From Candidatus Eiseniibacteriota bacterium (GTDB lineage Bacteria; Eisenbacteria; RBG-16-71-46): a stretch of DNA of 64,000 nt. Shown here in pieces: positions 52,796 through 62,925 of this stretch. Under the pieces are notes generated by a model, which was not told where the DNA came from, searched no databases, and saw only the letters and a list, made by a program, of their open reading frames with translations. Numbering within the stretch: position 1 is the stretch's first letter; each line of letters starts with the position of its first letter. The stretch is taken from positions 768,001-832,000 of the forward strand of contig CAVUWA010000010.1 of assembly GCA_963744995.1 (NCBI GenBank), in the 5' to 3' direction. The translations under genes were made by a program, and so were the position numbers.

Positions 52796-55438
52796 CTACA
52801 GCGTGAAGTAGTACGTGACCTTGGCGAGGAAGATGTTGTCCCCGCGCAGGTCGAGCAGTTGGTGGTAGTCGCGGCCGAGCTCGAATTCGCCGCGGTCTTC
52901 GACCCGCTGGCTTCGCGTCCATACCAGGAACAGCGTCGAGCCCGGCATGTATTCCCAGCGCAGCACGGCGTTCCCGCGCAGCGACTTGATATTGAAGTTG
53001 GGACCGTCCTCCTGGAACGACGCCGCAGGGCCGCCGCCGTCCGGATCGATCGTGATCGTATTCGTGACCGCGTCGTAGGCGTAGGTCGAGCCGTTCTGCC
53101 CGTAGTGGTTGAACTCGAAGCTGCGTCCCCGGGCCAGCTCCTTGAAGTCCGAGTACCGGCCGGCCGAGATCAGCGGCTGAATGAACGTCTGCAGGCTCAG
53201 GTTCGGCGTCAGCGAGATGTTGAAGCGGATGTTCGCCGCGACCGTCGTCTGGTCGAGCGTCGCGAACACGTAGCGCGCGCCGTAGGTCGAAGTCGCGGTC
53301 GGATCGTCGATGGTGTCCACGTACTGCGCCAGCTCGAAGTTGCGAGAGATCTCGGGGCCGATCTCCAGGGACAGATTCGACATCGGCTTGAGCTCGATGC
53401 CGGGATTCATCCAGCTGCTCCACGAACCCTCGGCATCGCGGCTGCCGCCGACGTCGGCGTACCAGAAGAACTTCGACTTGCCGTCACCGTCGAGGTAGGC
53501 CTCGTATTCGGCGACCGCCGGCGCGATCATCACCGGCCCGCCGCGCGTCCGGCGCGTGTCGTCGCGCCTGAACGCGTAGCCGCCGTTCAGGTTCCAGCTG
53601 TAGTTGTTGACGAACTCGATGGACTGCTGTCCCCAGACGCCCTTGCCGGTCACGTTGCCGTCGAAGTCCCGCGTGGTGTAGACGGCGGCGAGGAAGTGGA
53701 TGTCCTTCTTCCAGCTCGTGGTCTTCGGCCACTTGTAGCCGGCGCCGATGTGCCCGTTGATGTAATCGGCGCGGGTCTGGAAGCCGAGATCGTTGACCTC
53801 GAAGCCGGGCGAGATGTAGCCGATCGCGGAGTTCGTGAAGAAGTTGCCCTTCTCCTTGTTGAGCCACACGCGCGCGGTGGTGCCGGTCATCGACGTCGCC
53901 GTCGAGTCGACGTGCTGGTGCTCGGCGTCCGGGCGCTGGAAGTAGCGCCGCGAGCTGCGCTGCAGGTCGATCATGCGCTGCGCGCTGCCGGCCACGTTCG
54001 ACATCGCGGCGTGCCCCGACAGCACCCAGACCTTGTTCTCGTCGAGGAACCACCAGCCGTCGAGACCGGTCATCAGGCCGTGACTGTTCACGTCGTCGCG
54101 CAGGCGCGCGTCGTCGAAGGAGCGCGCGGCCAGAGTCGTCATGAGGCCGAGTCCCTGGCGGCGCTCGTTGAACTCCTTCTGACCGCGCACGATTCCGTAG
54201 TACGTCAGGGGCTCGACCTCCGACCGGAACGACCGGCCGGCCGTCTCCAGCCTCGCCTTCTCGCGCGCCGTGAGCGCGCTCAGCGCGCCGATGTTGAAGC
54301 CGCCGGCGCGGCCGGTGAGCTTCGCGGCGCCGAGGATCGTGGTGCCGAGCGGGACGTCGGCGTAGTCGGCGTCGGGCACCTCGCCCTGGGGCGTGCGTCC
54401 GATGCGGCGGCTGTAGAAGAAGGTGGGTTGCGCGTAGTTGAAGCCCCAGTAGTCGCTCGCGCCCTGCTGGCCGAATTCGAAGTTGCTCGACCCCTCGACG
54501 AAGAACGGGCGCTTCTCGTCGAAGTAGGTCTCGACGTCGCTCAGATTGACGACCGCAGGGTCCACTTCCACCTGGCCGAAGTCGGGATTCACCGTCGCGT
54601 TGAGCGTCAGGTTGCGGCCGATGCCGATGCGCAGGTCACCGCCGACGTCGCCGTTGAACTTGGAGCCGTCGTTGAACGGATCGCCGACTTCGTGCTGCAG
54701 GAACGACCCTTTCGAGGTGGCGTAGGGCCGGACCTCGACGTAACGACCGTCGCCGCTGGTCTCGATCCCCCGGAGCTCGGGGAAGCGCGACACGAAGCCG
54801 CTGCCGTCTCTGGGCTGGTACACGATGTAGTCGTATTCGCTCTTGCGCAGGATGCGGCGCCGCAGGTCGAAGCCCCACGGCACGCCCGCCTGGCTGCGCA
54901 TCTGCGAGAACGGAATCCGCATCTCGGCCGTCCAGCCCTTCTCGTCGACCCGCGCGTGACCCTCCCACACGCCGTCCCATGAGCTGCTGTCCCAGTTGTC
55001 GTTGTAGAGAATCCCGTCACCGAGCACGCTGGCGGCGTTGATGACGAAGTAGTAGCCGGTGCGGTGATCGTGGAGCGGATCGAAGAAGACCGCGAGCTCG
55101 TCGGAGGGCGGCGCGTTGTCGCGGCGCGCGAGACGGCCGAGAATCGAATCCGGGTGCGAGTCGTACATGCGGGCGCCGATGTAGATCGCATCGTCGTCGA
55201 ACGCGAAGCGGACCTCGGTGCGCTCCGTCGGTGTCGCGCCCTCGACCGGATCGCTCATGGTGAAATCGGTGATCCCGGGGCCCTGGTGCCACACGGCCTC
55301 GGACAGCACCCCGTCCACGGTGACGGGGGCCGAGAGCCGGATGGCCTGGACCGGCGGGTGTGCATTGGGCTCGGCGGCGGCGGCCGTTTCGACCGCGGCC
55401 GAAACCAGGATCATTGCAGCGATGGCGACGAGCGGCAT
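52796..55438 (-). CDS. DUF5916 / CBM9-like domain outer-membrane-associated protein
   Basis: VDGVLSEAVW, GWTAEMRIPFSQ, ATVNPDFGQVEVD, EKRPFFVEG, FFYSRRIG, LRWEYMPGS.LFLVW, terminal KVTYYFTL. Start uncertain (55438 or up to 55543). Confidence 0.82.
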   Translation of the reverse strand: MPLVAIAAMILVSAAVETAAAAEPNAHPPVQAIRLSAPVTVDGVLSEAVWHQGPGITDFTMSDPVEGATPTERTEVRFAFDDDAIYIGARMYDSHPDSILGRLARRDNAPPSDELAVFFDPLHDHRTGYYFVINAASVLGDGILYNDNWDSSSWDGVWEGHARVDEKGWTAEMRIPFSQMRSQAGVPWGFDLRRRILRKSEYDYIVYQPRDGSGFVSRFPELRGIETSGDGRYVEVRPYATSKGSFLQHEVGDPFNDGSKFNGDVGGDLRIGIGRNLTLNATVNPDFGQVEVDPAVVNLSDVETYFDEKRPFFVEGSSNFEFGQQGASDYWGFNYAQPTFFYSRRIGRTPQGEVPDADYADVPLGTTILGAAKLTGRAGGFNIGALSALTAREKARLETAGRSFRSEVEPLTYYGIVRGQKEFNERRQGLGLMTTLAARSFDDARLRDDVNSHGLMTGLDGWWFLDENKVWVLSGHAAMSNVAGSAQRMIDLQRSSRRYFQRPDAEHQHVDSTATSMTGTTARVWLNKEKGNFFTNSAIGYISPGFEVNDLGFQTRADYINGHIGAGYKWPKTTSWKKDIHFLAAVYTTRDFDGNVTGKGVWGQQSIEFVNNYSWNLNGGYAFRRDDTRRTRGGPVMIAPAVAEYEAYLDGDGKSKFFWYADVGGSRDAEGSWSSWMNPGIELKPMSNLSLEIGPEISRNFELAQYVDTIDDPTATSTYGARYVFATLDQTTVAANIRFNISLTPNLSLQTFIQPLISAGRYSDFKELARGRSFEFNHYGQNGSTYAYDAVTNTITIDPDGGGPAASFQEDGPNFNIKSLRGNAVLRWEYMPGSTLFLVWTRSQRVEDRGEFELGRDYHQLLDLRGDNIFLAKVTYYFTL

Positions 55439-55570
55439 GGATGGGAAGCTCCGTGCAGTGGATCGCGCTGGGTACGCACGCTTGGATTGATTCACGCACG
55501 ACAGGGTTGGAATGTTGCGCGTCCTGACGCCGATCCCGGTCACGGACGCGCAAATGCCGGGGACCGGCGC

Positions 55571-55655
55571 GACGAACGTGCGTTGCGCGGGGACGGGCGC
55601 GGGTGAAGCCGTGCGAGCGTTCAGGCTACGGATCGTTCGCCGGACGGACGAACGG
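55571..55655 (-). promoter_or_regulatory. AlgR/LytTR-like binding boxes upstream of the DUF5916 gene
   Basis: Minus strand CCGTTCGTC (55655-55647), plus degenerate cgctcgca / cgcccgtc / cgttcgtc at about 20-21 bp spacing. Confidence 0.35.
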
Positions 55656-55725
55656 GATCAGCGTGCGGGACGGTGCCCGCCGTCTGAACGGGGCCTGCGA
55701 CGTCCGGACCGCTGCGGGTCCCCGG

Positions 55726-56643
55726 TCAGCCCCGGCCGGCCCGCAGCGCGACGGCCAGCTGCGCCGCCACGGCTGCGTTGTGCCTGAGCAGCGCGCGGTT
55801 GGACGTCACGGTCGCGCCGCCGGTGAGCACCCGCATGCGCTCGAGCAGGAACGGCGTGACCTCGCGACCCTTGACGTCGGCGCGGTCGGCCTCCGCGAGC
55901 GCGGCGCGCAGGGCGCCTTCGTAGGTCTCGCGCGGCAGCTCGAACTGCGCGGGAATCGGATTCCCGACCAGCACCCCGCCGCCGCCGCCGAGCTCGAAGT
56001 GCGCGTGCACCGCACGGGCGAGATCGTCGATCGTATCGAAACGCGCATCGAGCCTGAGCCCGCTCTCGCGCCGGTAGAACGAGGGGAACGAATCGGTGCC
56101 GTGGCCGAGGATCGGCACGCCGAGCATCTCGAGCATCTCGATGGTGCGCGGCAGATCGAGGATCGCTTTCGCGCCCGAGCACACCACCGCGACCGGATAA
56201 CGCGAAAGCGCCGTGAGGTCGGACGACACGTCGCCCGTGTGTTCCGAGCCGCGGTGCACGCCGCCGATGCCGCCGGTCGCGAACACGTCGATCCCGGCGC
56301 GCGAGGCGATGAACATCGTCGCCGCCACCGTGGTCGAGCCGGGCGCGCCCGCGACGACCGCCGCGGCCAGGTTGCTGAGGTTGATCTTGGCGATGTCACC
56401 GGCCGTGGCCAGCCGCTCGAGCGCCGCGCGGTCCACGCCGACGTGCACCGCACCGTCGAAAATGCCGATCGTCGCCGGCACCGCGCCCGCGACCCGGACC
56501 TCCGCTTCGAGCTCGATCGCGGTCTCCACGCCTTCCGGGTGCGGCAGGCCGTGCGTGACCAGCGTGCTCTCGAGCGCGACCACCGGCTGCTTCGCGGCGA
56601 GCGCCTGCGCGACGTGCGGGGCGATACGGACCAGGGCAGACAT
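55726..56643 (-). CDS. psuG: Pseudouridine-5'-phosphate glycosidase
   Basis: PVVALESTLVTHGLP.P, GSTTVAATM, VFATGGIGGVHRG, DVSSDL, SGAKAILD, G.EVTPFLL. Confidence 0.93.
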   Translation of the reverse strand: MSALVRIAPHVAQALAAKQPVVALESTLVTHGLPHPEGVETAIELEAEVRVAGAVPATIGIFDGAVHVGVDRAALERLATAGDIAKINLSNLAAAVVAGAPGSTTVAATMFIASRAGIDVFATGGIGGVHRGSEHTGDVSSDLTALSRYPVAVVCSGAKAILDLPRTIEMLEMLGVPILGHGTDSFPSFYRRESGLRLDARFDTIDDLARAVHAHFELGGGGGVLVGNPIPAQFELPRETYEGALRAALAEADRADVKGREVTPFLLERMRVLTGGATVTSNRALLRHNAAVAAQLAVALRAGRG

Positions 56644-56770
56644 GCCGGCAATCTAGCGCGGCGGCCTCGTCCGTGGCCAGAGGGACGAAGGTAGCGGTGC
56701 GCGAATTCCGGCGCCCGCGACCGCGCGGCGCGCGCGGACCGGCCGGGACCGCGCGGCGCCCCGGCAACCC

Positions 56771-56806
56771 TTGAAGCGCACCCGGTCCGCCACCATACTG
56801 CCGCCC
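56771..56806 (+). promoter_or_regulatory. sigma70 promoter, leaderless configuration
   Basis: TTGAAG(56771)-N17-CATACT(56794)-N7-ATG(56807). Confidence 0.55.
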
Positions 56807-56875
56807 ATGCGCCGCCCGACGATCCTCCCGCTCGTCCCGCCGTGTTCCGCCCGCACCGCCACGGGTCTCCGGTAG
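56807..56875 (+). CDS. Putative leaderless uORF / leader peptide (22 aa, MRRPTILPLVPPCSARTATGLR)
   Basis: ATG lies at the predicted TSS. The stop is 4 nt before the transporter ATG, which lacks an SD. Confidence 0.35.
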   Translation: MRRPTILPLVPPCSARTATGLR

Positions 56876-56879
56876 CCGC

Positions 56880-58601
56880 ATGACGCACGACCCCGACGTC
56901 CACTGCCCGCCCGAAGAGGGCCGCGCTTATCGCGAAGGCGTCTACCGTCCCGTGGACGCCTCGAAGCTGCCGAACGCGCCCGCGGGCGGCGACTTTCCGG
57001 AGCCCGGGCACGGGCCGCCGTTCCATCGCCTCGACGAGGTGCCGCGCGTTCCCCGGCTACGCAACATCATCGGCCCTTCGGTGATCGCGCTCGGCATGGG
57101 GCTCGGTGCCGGCGAGTTCCTGCTGTGGCCGAACCTGATCGCCGTCAACGGCTTCTCGATCTGGTGGTTGTTCTGGGTCGGTGTGCTCACCCAGTTCGTG
57201 GTGATCGGCGAGATCGAGCGCTGGAGCGTCGCGACCGGCGAATCCATCTTCATGGGCATGAAGCGGCTCACCCGTGTGCCGTTCTGGCCGTGGTTCTTCC
57301 TCGCCGCGACGCTGATCTCGTTCTTCTGGCCCGGGTGGGCCTCGCAGTCGGCCGACTTCACGCGCCAGACGGTGAACGCGGTCGCCGGCCGCGAGGCGCT
57401 CGCCGGCTGGCAGCCGCTCGCGATCGTGATGATGCTGTTCATCTGGGCCGCGCTCTCTTTGTCGGAGATCGTCTACAACGCGCTCGAGAAGCTGCAGATG
57501 GGAATGGTGCTGATCTTCTTCCCGCTGCTGTTCGTCGCCCTGATGGCGGCCGGGGTGCTGCCGGGCGACCTCGCCTCGCTCGCGCAGGGCGTCGTCTCGA
57601 TCGGCCACGCACCGGGCGCGCTGCTGTCGGGCGCGCAGTTCCCGGTGCTGCTGATCGCGGTCGCCTACGCCGGCAGCGGCGGCACGCTGCTGCTCGCTCA
57701 ATCGCTGTGGGTGCGCGAGAAGGGCTTCGGCATGGGCACCTACCAGGGCCGCATCGCCGGGATCCGCGGTCACAACGAGGTCGTCGAGGCACGCGGCTTC
57801 GCGTTCTCGGCGGCCGCCGCGACGCAGCTCGCGCGCTTCCGCCGCTGGATGCGCGTCGCCGAGCAGGAGCTGCTGGTCACGTTCGTGCTGCTCATCATCC
57901 TGAGCGTGGTGATCACCACGCTGCTGGTCGCGGCGACGCTCGGCACCGGCGATGCGCAGTGGGCGGGCGACCTCACCGGCATGGTGGCCGCGCAGGCCGC
58001 GCGCCTGCGCGAGCACGGCGGCGCATGGCTCGAGGTGGCCTTCCTCCTGGGCGGCGCGTTCGTGCTGTTTTCGACGCAGGTCGGGGTCGTGGACACGGTG
58101 ACCCGCATCACCGGCGACATCCTGCACGACCTGGTCGGGCGCGCGCGCGGCTGGTCGCTGCGCGGCACGTTCCTCGCGCTGCTGACCGTGATGACGCTCG
58201 CCGGGATCGCGGTGATCCTGGTGTCGTGGAAGAGCGGGACGGGCGTGGATCAGCTGCAGCCGAACTTCCTGATCCTCATCGCCGGCCCGTTCACCATCGT
58301 CTCGATGTACCTGTTCACGATCGTGGTCGCCGTGCTCAACACGCTGCGGCTGCCGCCCGCGCTGCGGATGCCGCGCTGGCGCCTGGTCGGCATGTACTGG
58401 GCGGTGGTCCTGTGGGGCTGGTTCTCGGCCGAGACGCTGTCGCGTTTCGTGCTCGGCCAGCTCATGGGCCGCTCGGGCGCGGTGGTCCATTCCATCGCCT
58501 TTCACCCGGTGCGCGCGGTGATCTACGCGGCATGGCTCGGCTCGCTCGCCTGGCTGATCTGGAAGACCGCGAAGGCGGGATTCGCCGGGCGCAGCGCCTG
58601 A
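56880..58601 (+). CDS. Nramp-like/APC-fold membrane transporter of unknown substrate
   Basis: IGPSVIALGMGLGAGEFLLWP, EIERWSVATGES, AYAGSGG, LFSTQVG; about 11-12 TM segments. Confidence 0.75.
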   Translation: MTHDPDVHCPPEEGRAYREGVYRPVDASKLPNAPAGGDFPEPGHGPPFHRLDEVPRVPRLRNIIGPSVIALGMGLGAGEFLLWPNLIAVNGFSIWWLFWVGVLTQFVVIGEIERWSVATGESIFMGMKRLTRVPFWPWFFLAATLISFFWPGWASQSADFTRQTVNAVAGREALAGWQPLAIVMMLFIWAALSLSEIVYNALEKLQMGMVLIFFPLLFVALMAAGVLPGDLASLAQGVVSIGHAPGALLSGAQFPVLLIAVAYAGSGGTLLLAQSLWVREKGFGMGTYQGRIAGIRGHNEVVEARGFAFSAAAATQLARFRRWMRVAEQELLVTFVLLIILSVVITTLLVAATLGTGDAQWAGDLTGMVAAQAARLREHGGAWLEVAFLLGGAFVLFSTQVGVVDTVTRITGDILHDLVGRARGWSLRGTFLALLTVMTLAGIAVILVSWKSGTGVDQLQPNFLILIAGPFTIVSMYLFTIVVAVLNTLRLPPALRMPRWRLVGMYWAVVLWGWFSAETLSRFVLGQLMGRSGAVVHSIAFHPVRAVIYAAWLGSLAWLIWKTAKAGFAGRSA

Positions 58602-58860
58602 ACGGCGCGGGCCACGCGGCAGGTCGACTGCCTGCCGGGGTGCCGTCCCCGGCGCGCGGCGACCTCGTGTACGCCCGGTTCGGGCCGAGCCGGGTCCTCC
58701 GCGTGACGAACCGGCCGCGCCGGTACCGCCCGGAGCCGCGAAACGCCGGGAACTCTTGACAGTCACACCTGCCACCATGGATCGTTTTCCTGCCGGGATA
58801 TCCGCAGATGCTTGCGAACCACCATGCCCGGCCTCCCCAGCCGGGGTTCGGGAGCGAATC

Positions 58861-59655
58861 GTGATCGCGAAAGTATTGATCGTCGACGACGAACCCCTTG
58901 CCCGTGAACGACTGAGCGACCTGGTCCAGGCCACCAGCCCCGGCTGCACCGTGCGGGAAGCCGGCGACGGCTTCGGCGCGGTGCGGATGATCCGCGACTG
59001 GCATCCGGATCTGGTGATCCTCGACATCCAGATTCCCGGCCGCACCGGCTTCGAGGTGGTCGAGACCATCGGCCCCGAGGCGATGCCGCCCACCGTGTTC
59101 GCCACCGCGCACGACGACCAGGCGATCCGCGCCTTCGAGGTCGCGGCGGTGGACTACCTGCTGAAGCCGTTCGACCTGGACCGGTTCCGCACCGCGTGGC
59201 GGCGCGCCGCCGAGCGCCGCACCTCGGACGCGATCCGGGTCGAGGCGCGGCGGCTCTCCGAACTGCTCTCCGCCTCGAGCGGGAACCCGCAGAACGGCGG
59301 CGCGGCCAACGGCGGCGAGCGGCTCGAGCGGCTGCCCGTCCGCAAGGACCGCCGCACGATCCTGGTGCCGGTGCGCGACATCTTCCTGTTCGAGTCGGCG
59401 GGGAACTACGTCGTGCTGCACACCGAGGCCGAGCGCCACCTGCTGCGCGAGACGCTCACCGACGTGCAGGCGCGGCTCGACCCCGCGCGCTACGTGCGCA
59501 TCCATCGCCGCTTCATCGTGGACCTCGAGGCCGTGGCGTCCATCGAGCCCTGGCAGCGCGGCGATCAGATCATGACGCTCCGAAACGGCACCCGGCTCCG
59601 GGTGAGCCGCAGCTTCCGCGCGGAGCTCGATCGCAGGCTCGCGGGCCGCGCGTGA
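58861..59655 (+). CDS. LytTR-family DNA-binding response regulator
   Basis: VLIVDDEPLARERL, LDIQIPG.TGFEV, AVDYLLKPF, GNYV.LH, VRIHRRFIV, L.VSR. GTG start at 58861; TTGACA at 56 nt-scale distance upstream (58756-58761). Confidence 0.92.
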   Translation: MIAKVLIVDDEPLARERLSDLVQATSPGCTVREAGDGFGAVRMIRDWHPDLVILDIQIPGRTGFEVVETIGPEAMPPTVFATAHDDQAIRAFEVAAVDYLLKPFDLDRFRTAWRRAAERRTSDAIRVEARRLSELLSASSGNPQNGGAANGGERLERLPVRKDRRTILVPVRDIFLFESAGNYVVLHTEAERHLLRETLTDVQARLDPARYVRIHRRFIVDLEAVASIEPWQRGDQIMTLRNGTRLRVSRSFRAELDRRLAGRA

Positions 59656-60722
59656 AATCACTGCGGCCGGCGCTCGCGACGCTGGGGTTCTGGCTGCTGC
59701 CGGCGATCGTCGCCACGATCGGCTTCGTGATCGCGCCGATCCGGCCCCACATGCCGTTGCTGCCGACGTTCCTGTCGCAGGTCGTGAACTGGGTCTCGTG
59801 GGCCGGGTGGACGGCTCTGATCTTCACGGCCGGGCGCCGCTTTCCGTTCGAACGCGGCAACTTCGCGCGCGCGCTGGCGGTGCACGTGCCGCTCTCGGTC
59901 GCGGTGGTGCTGCTGCAGATCATGCTGGTGAGGATCGTCGGCCATGCGTTCGGCCTCACCGAGTGGTGGAGCTTCGACAGCACGATGTCGATCGGCATCC
60001 GCGCCTACGGCGATCTGTTCCTGGTGATCTTCTGGGGCATCGTCGGCGCGCAGATGGCATTTCGCTGGCACACGCGCTGGCGCGAGCAGACCGTGCGCAC
60101 CGCCCGGCTGCGGCAGGACCTCGCGGTCGCACATCTGCGCGCGCTGCAGTCGCAGCTCAATCCGCACTTCCTCTTCAACGTCCTCAACTCGGTCGTCACC
60201 CTGATCGACCGCGATCCGGCCGCCGCGCAGCAGATGGTGGTGCGGCTCTCGGACCTTCTGCGCTCGACGCTCGGCGCGTGGGAGGCGCAGGAGGTCCCGC
60301 TCGACGACGAGCTGCGCTTCACCGCGCAGTACCTCGAGATCGAGCGGGTGCGTTTCAGCGGCCGCCTGCGGGTCGAATGGGCGGTCGATTGCAACGGCGC
60401 GCCGCTCGTTCCCGCGTTCGGGCTGCAGCCGCTGGTCGAAAACGCGATCGTGCACGGGGTCGCGCCGCGCGTGAACGGCGGCGCCATCGCGATCGGCGCG
60501 GCGCGGCGCGGTGAATCGCTCGTGCTCACCGTGTCGGACTCGGGCGAGGGGCCGCGCGCGCGGGAGGACCGGCCGGGCGCCGGCGTCGGGCTCGCGAACC
60601 TGCGCTCGCGTCTCGCCGGGCTCTACGGCGCCGCCGCGCGGCTGGACCTCGAATCGGAAACGGCCGGCCTCACCCGCGCGACCCTGGTATTACCCTGGCA
60701 CGAACAGGCCGAGCCCGCCTGA
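59652..60722 (+). CDS. LytS/YehU-type sensor histidine kinase
   Basis: Four TM segments, LQSQLNPHFLFNVLNS, YLEIERVRF, LQPLVENAIVHG, GVGLANLR.RL. GTGA overlap. Confidence 0.92.
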   Translation: MKSLRPALATLGFWLLPAIVATIGFVIAPIRPHMPLLPTFLSQVVNWVSWAGWTALIFTAGRRFPFERGNFARALAVHVPLSVAVVLLQIMLVRIVGHAFGLTEWWSFDSTMSIGIRAYGDLFLVIFWGIVGAQMAFRWHTRWREQTVRTARLRQDLAVAHLRALQSQLNPHFLFNVLNSVVTLIDRDPAAAQQMVVRLSDLLRSTLGAWEAQEVPLDDELRFTAQYLEIERVRFSGRLRVEWAVDCNGAPLVPAFGLQPLVENAIVHGVAPRVNGGAIAIGAARRGESLVLTVSDSGEGPRAREDRPGAGVGLANLRSRLAGLYGAAARLDLESETAGLTRATLVLPWHEQAEPA

Positions 60723-60764
60723 GCGGAGGCCGGCTGGGCGCTCGAAGAGGAAGGCGCCCCGTCG

Positions 60765-61412
60765 TCAGTCGGCGTCTTCGCCCGGGGCGACAGCCAGTAT
60801 CAGCGTCAGGACGCGGTAGGTGCCGTCGACTCGCGCACGAGCTTCGAGGACGTCCACGAAGCCCAGGCCAGCCCGCAACTCGACAGTGGCTCGACCCCGG
60901 CCGGAGCCCAGATCGGCGCCGAGACCGATGACGGCGCCGGCGTCGCGGGCGCGGACATCCCCTGGATCGACGGGCTCGTCACCGGCGTACCTCCCCGGCG
61001 CGATGCGTGAGGACAGACGCCAGGCGAAATAGGGCCCTGCCAGCGCGTAGGGGCGAAGCCTGCCGGTCCGCCGAAGCGACGCCCTGGCGAGCAGGTGGAA
61101 CTGCGCGTAGCGAACGTCGAGGCGTCGCCGGAACCCGATGACGTCCGGGAAGGATCGCGCGCGGCTCGCAAACAGACCTTCCGCCTGGACACCCCATGAG
61201 GTCGTAGAGCGGGGCCAGCGAATGGCAACGCCCCCGTCGAATCCACCGCTGGCGCGGTCCAGCGACTCGGACAGCGTTCCGGTTGCGCCCGTGACGGACG
61301 GGCCCATGCGGACGTCCCAGGCGACCGGAGGGCTCGCAGCCGCAGAACTCCAACAGCCGAAGGTCAGGCTCAGGGCCCCTGCGCAGGCGAGAAAGGGCCG
61401 TTTCGAGAGCAC
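60765..61412 (-). CDS. Outer-membrane beta-barrel (PorT/porin-like) protein
   Basis: Signal peptide after GTG 61412 (GAGG SD; start uncertain). Amphipathic strands WGVQAEGLF, LRPYALAGPYF, DAGAVIGLG, VELRAGLG. Confidence 0.6.
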   Translation of the reverse strand: MLSKRPFLACAGALSLTFGCWSSAAASPPVAWDVRMGPSVTGATGTLSESLDRASGGFDGGVAIRWPRSTTSWGVQAEGLFASRARSFPDVIGFRRRLDVRYAQFHLLARASLRRTGRLRPYALAGPYFAWRLSSRIAPGRYAGDEPVDPGDVRARDAGAVIGLGADLGSGRGRATVELRAGLGFVDVLEARARVDGTYRVLTLILAVAPGEDAD

Positions 61413-61595
61413 GGGCGACCTCGATGAGAGGGCTGAGAACACGGGGAGCGTAGCGCGAGGGTGCCCCCCAGCAAGGCTCTGGAGAAGCACCCCGGGCGCT
61501 GCCGAGACCATGGCGGAGCTCCAGCGACCGCACCGCCCGGACCGGGGAACGCATGACCGGGGACGACTTCCACGTCCCCCGGAACCGGAGCGGCG

Positions 61596-62925
61596 CTACT
61601 TCGGAAGCGGCAGCTGCAGCAGGACCGGTGCGGCGAGCCGCGTGCCCGGCCGGCGCGCACCCTTCCCGTCGTACTTCTCCCACTGGCTGTTGGCGACGTA
61701 GATGAGCCGGTCGCCGAGCACCGTCGCGATCGTGGGCTCGTCGGCGGGCGGAACATGGCGGTCGATCGTTTCGACTGCGGTGATCCGGAGGCCGGTGCGA
61801 TCGAGCGGCATGCGCACGACGCGCGGCGGCTGGACGCCGTTCTGCACGCCGTAGAGCGCGCCGGAGTCGAGCACGATGCCGTCCATGCCGAGCGTCGTCG
61901 CGCCTTCCGGGGCGGCGAGCCGCGCGACCTCGCCGCTCGCCGGGAGCCATCGCAGCATGCCGTGCGAATAGTCCGACAGGTAGACGACCCCGTCCCCCGC
62001 GGGCGCGACGCCCTGCAGCGAGCGGAACAGCGGATGGGTGAACGATTGCAGCGAGTCCGCCCCCGGCGCGAGGGTGTAGACGACCGGCTGCACGGAATCG
62101 GTGACGTATACCTCGCCGCCCGGCGCGACGGCGAGATCGCCGAGCACGTGCGCCTTGCCCGCCGGCGCGTCCCAGCGACCGAGCACGCGGCCGCTCGACG
62201 GATCCACTTCCAGCAGCGCGGCGATCGACGAATCCGCCGGCGCGTAGTTCGCCATCGCCGGGTGCGCGACCGTCGTCGCCCACAGCACGCCGCGGGCAGC
62301 GTCCCAGCGCACGCCCATCACGGCGCCGACGCCCGCGGCGCGGTCGAGGCCGAGGTCGCGCGCCGCGCCGCGGGAATCCACCGCGTAGATCGTGCGATGG
62401 CGAATGCTGCCGACGTAGACGAGGCCGCGCGCCGGATCGGCGTCCGCGCCCTCGGGGAAGATCGTGCTGTCGGCGAGCGACGCCCACACCGTGCTTGCGG
62501 CGAGTGGCCGGGTGGCGGACTCCAGCGCGGCCAGTGCGGCGCCCGCGCGGCCGCCGGCCGCCCGGCTGCGTACCGCGGAGTCGGCCGCCACGCCCGCGCC
62601 GCTGCCGAGCCGTGCGAGGCGCTCGAGCGCGGCGGCGAGGGCGAGCGTATCGCCGGCGCGGGCGTCCAGCCGCGCGAGCGCCTGCAGATAGGCCGGCTGT
62701 TCCGGCCACGCGTGCGCGGCACGCGCCACCCATGCGCGCGTCGCGGCGGCATCGCCTGCGGCGTCCGCGCGCACCGCCTCGCGCCATGCAGCACGGGCCG
62801 CCGCGGCCGAGTCCGCCGCGGCGTCACCTGCCGCAGCGCGGGTCGGGCGCGAGGGCGATCAGCAGGAGCGCAAGGCACACCCGCCCCGGGGCGGGTGTGC
62901 AGGGGAGGCACGCAGGGGTCGGCAT
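61596..62925 (-). pseudogene. Secreted TPR + SMP-30/gluconolactonase-like beta-propeller protein with a +1 frameshift in the signal-peptide region
   Basis: The main ORF 61596-62774 (FPEG, LGDLAV, YVTDS, LQGVA, GMDGI, EPTIAT, YVANSQW) lacks a start. A signal peptide from ATG 62925 lies in another frame, and deleting one base at 62845-62847 joins them. Confidence 0.6.
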
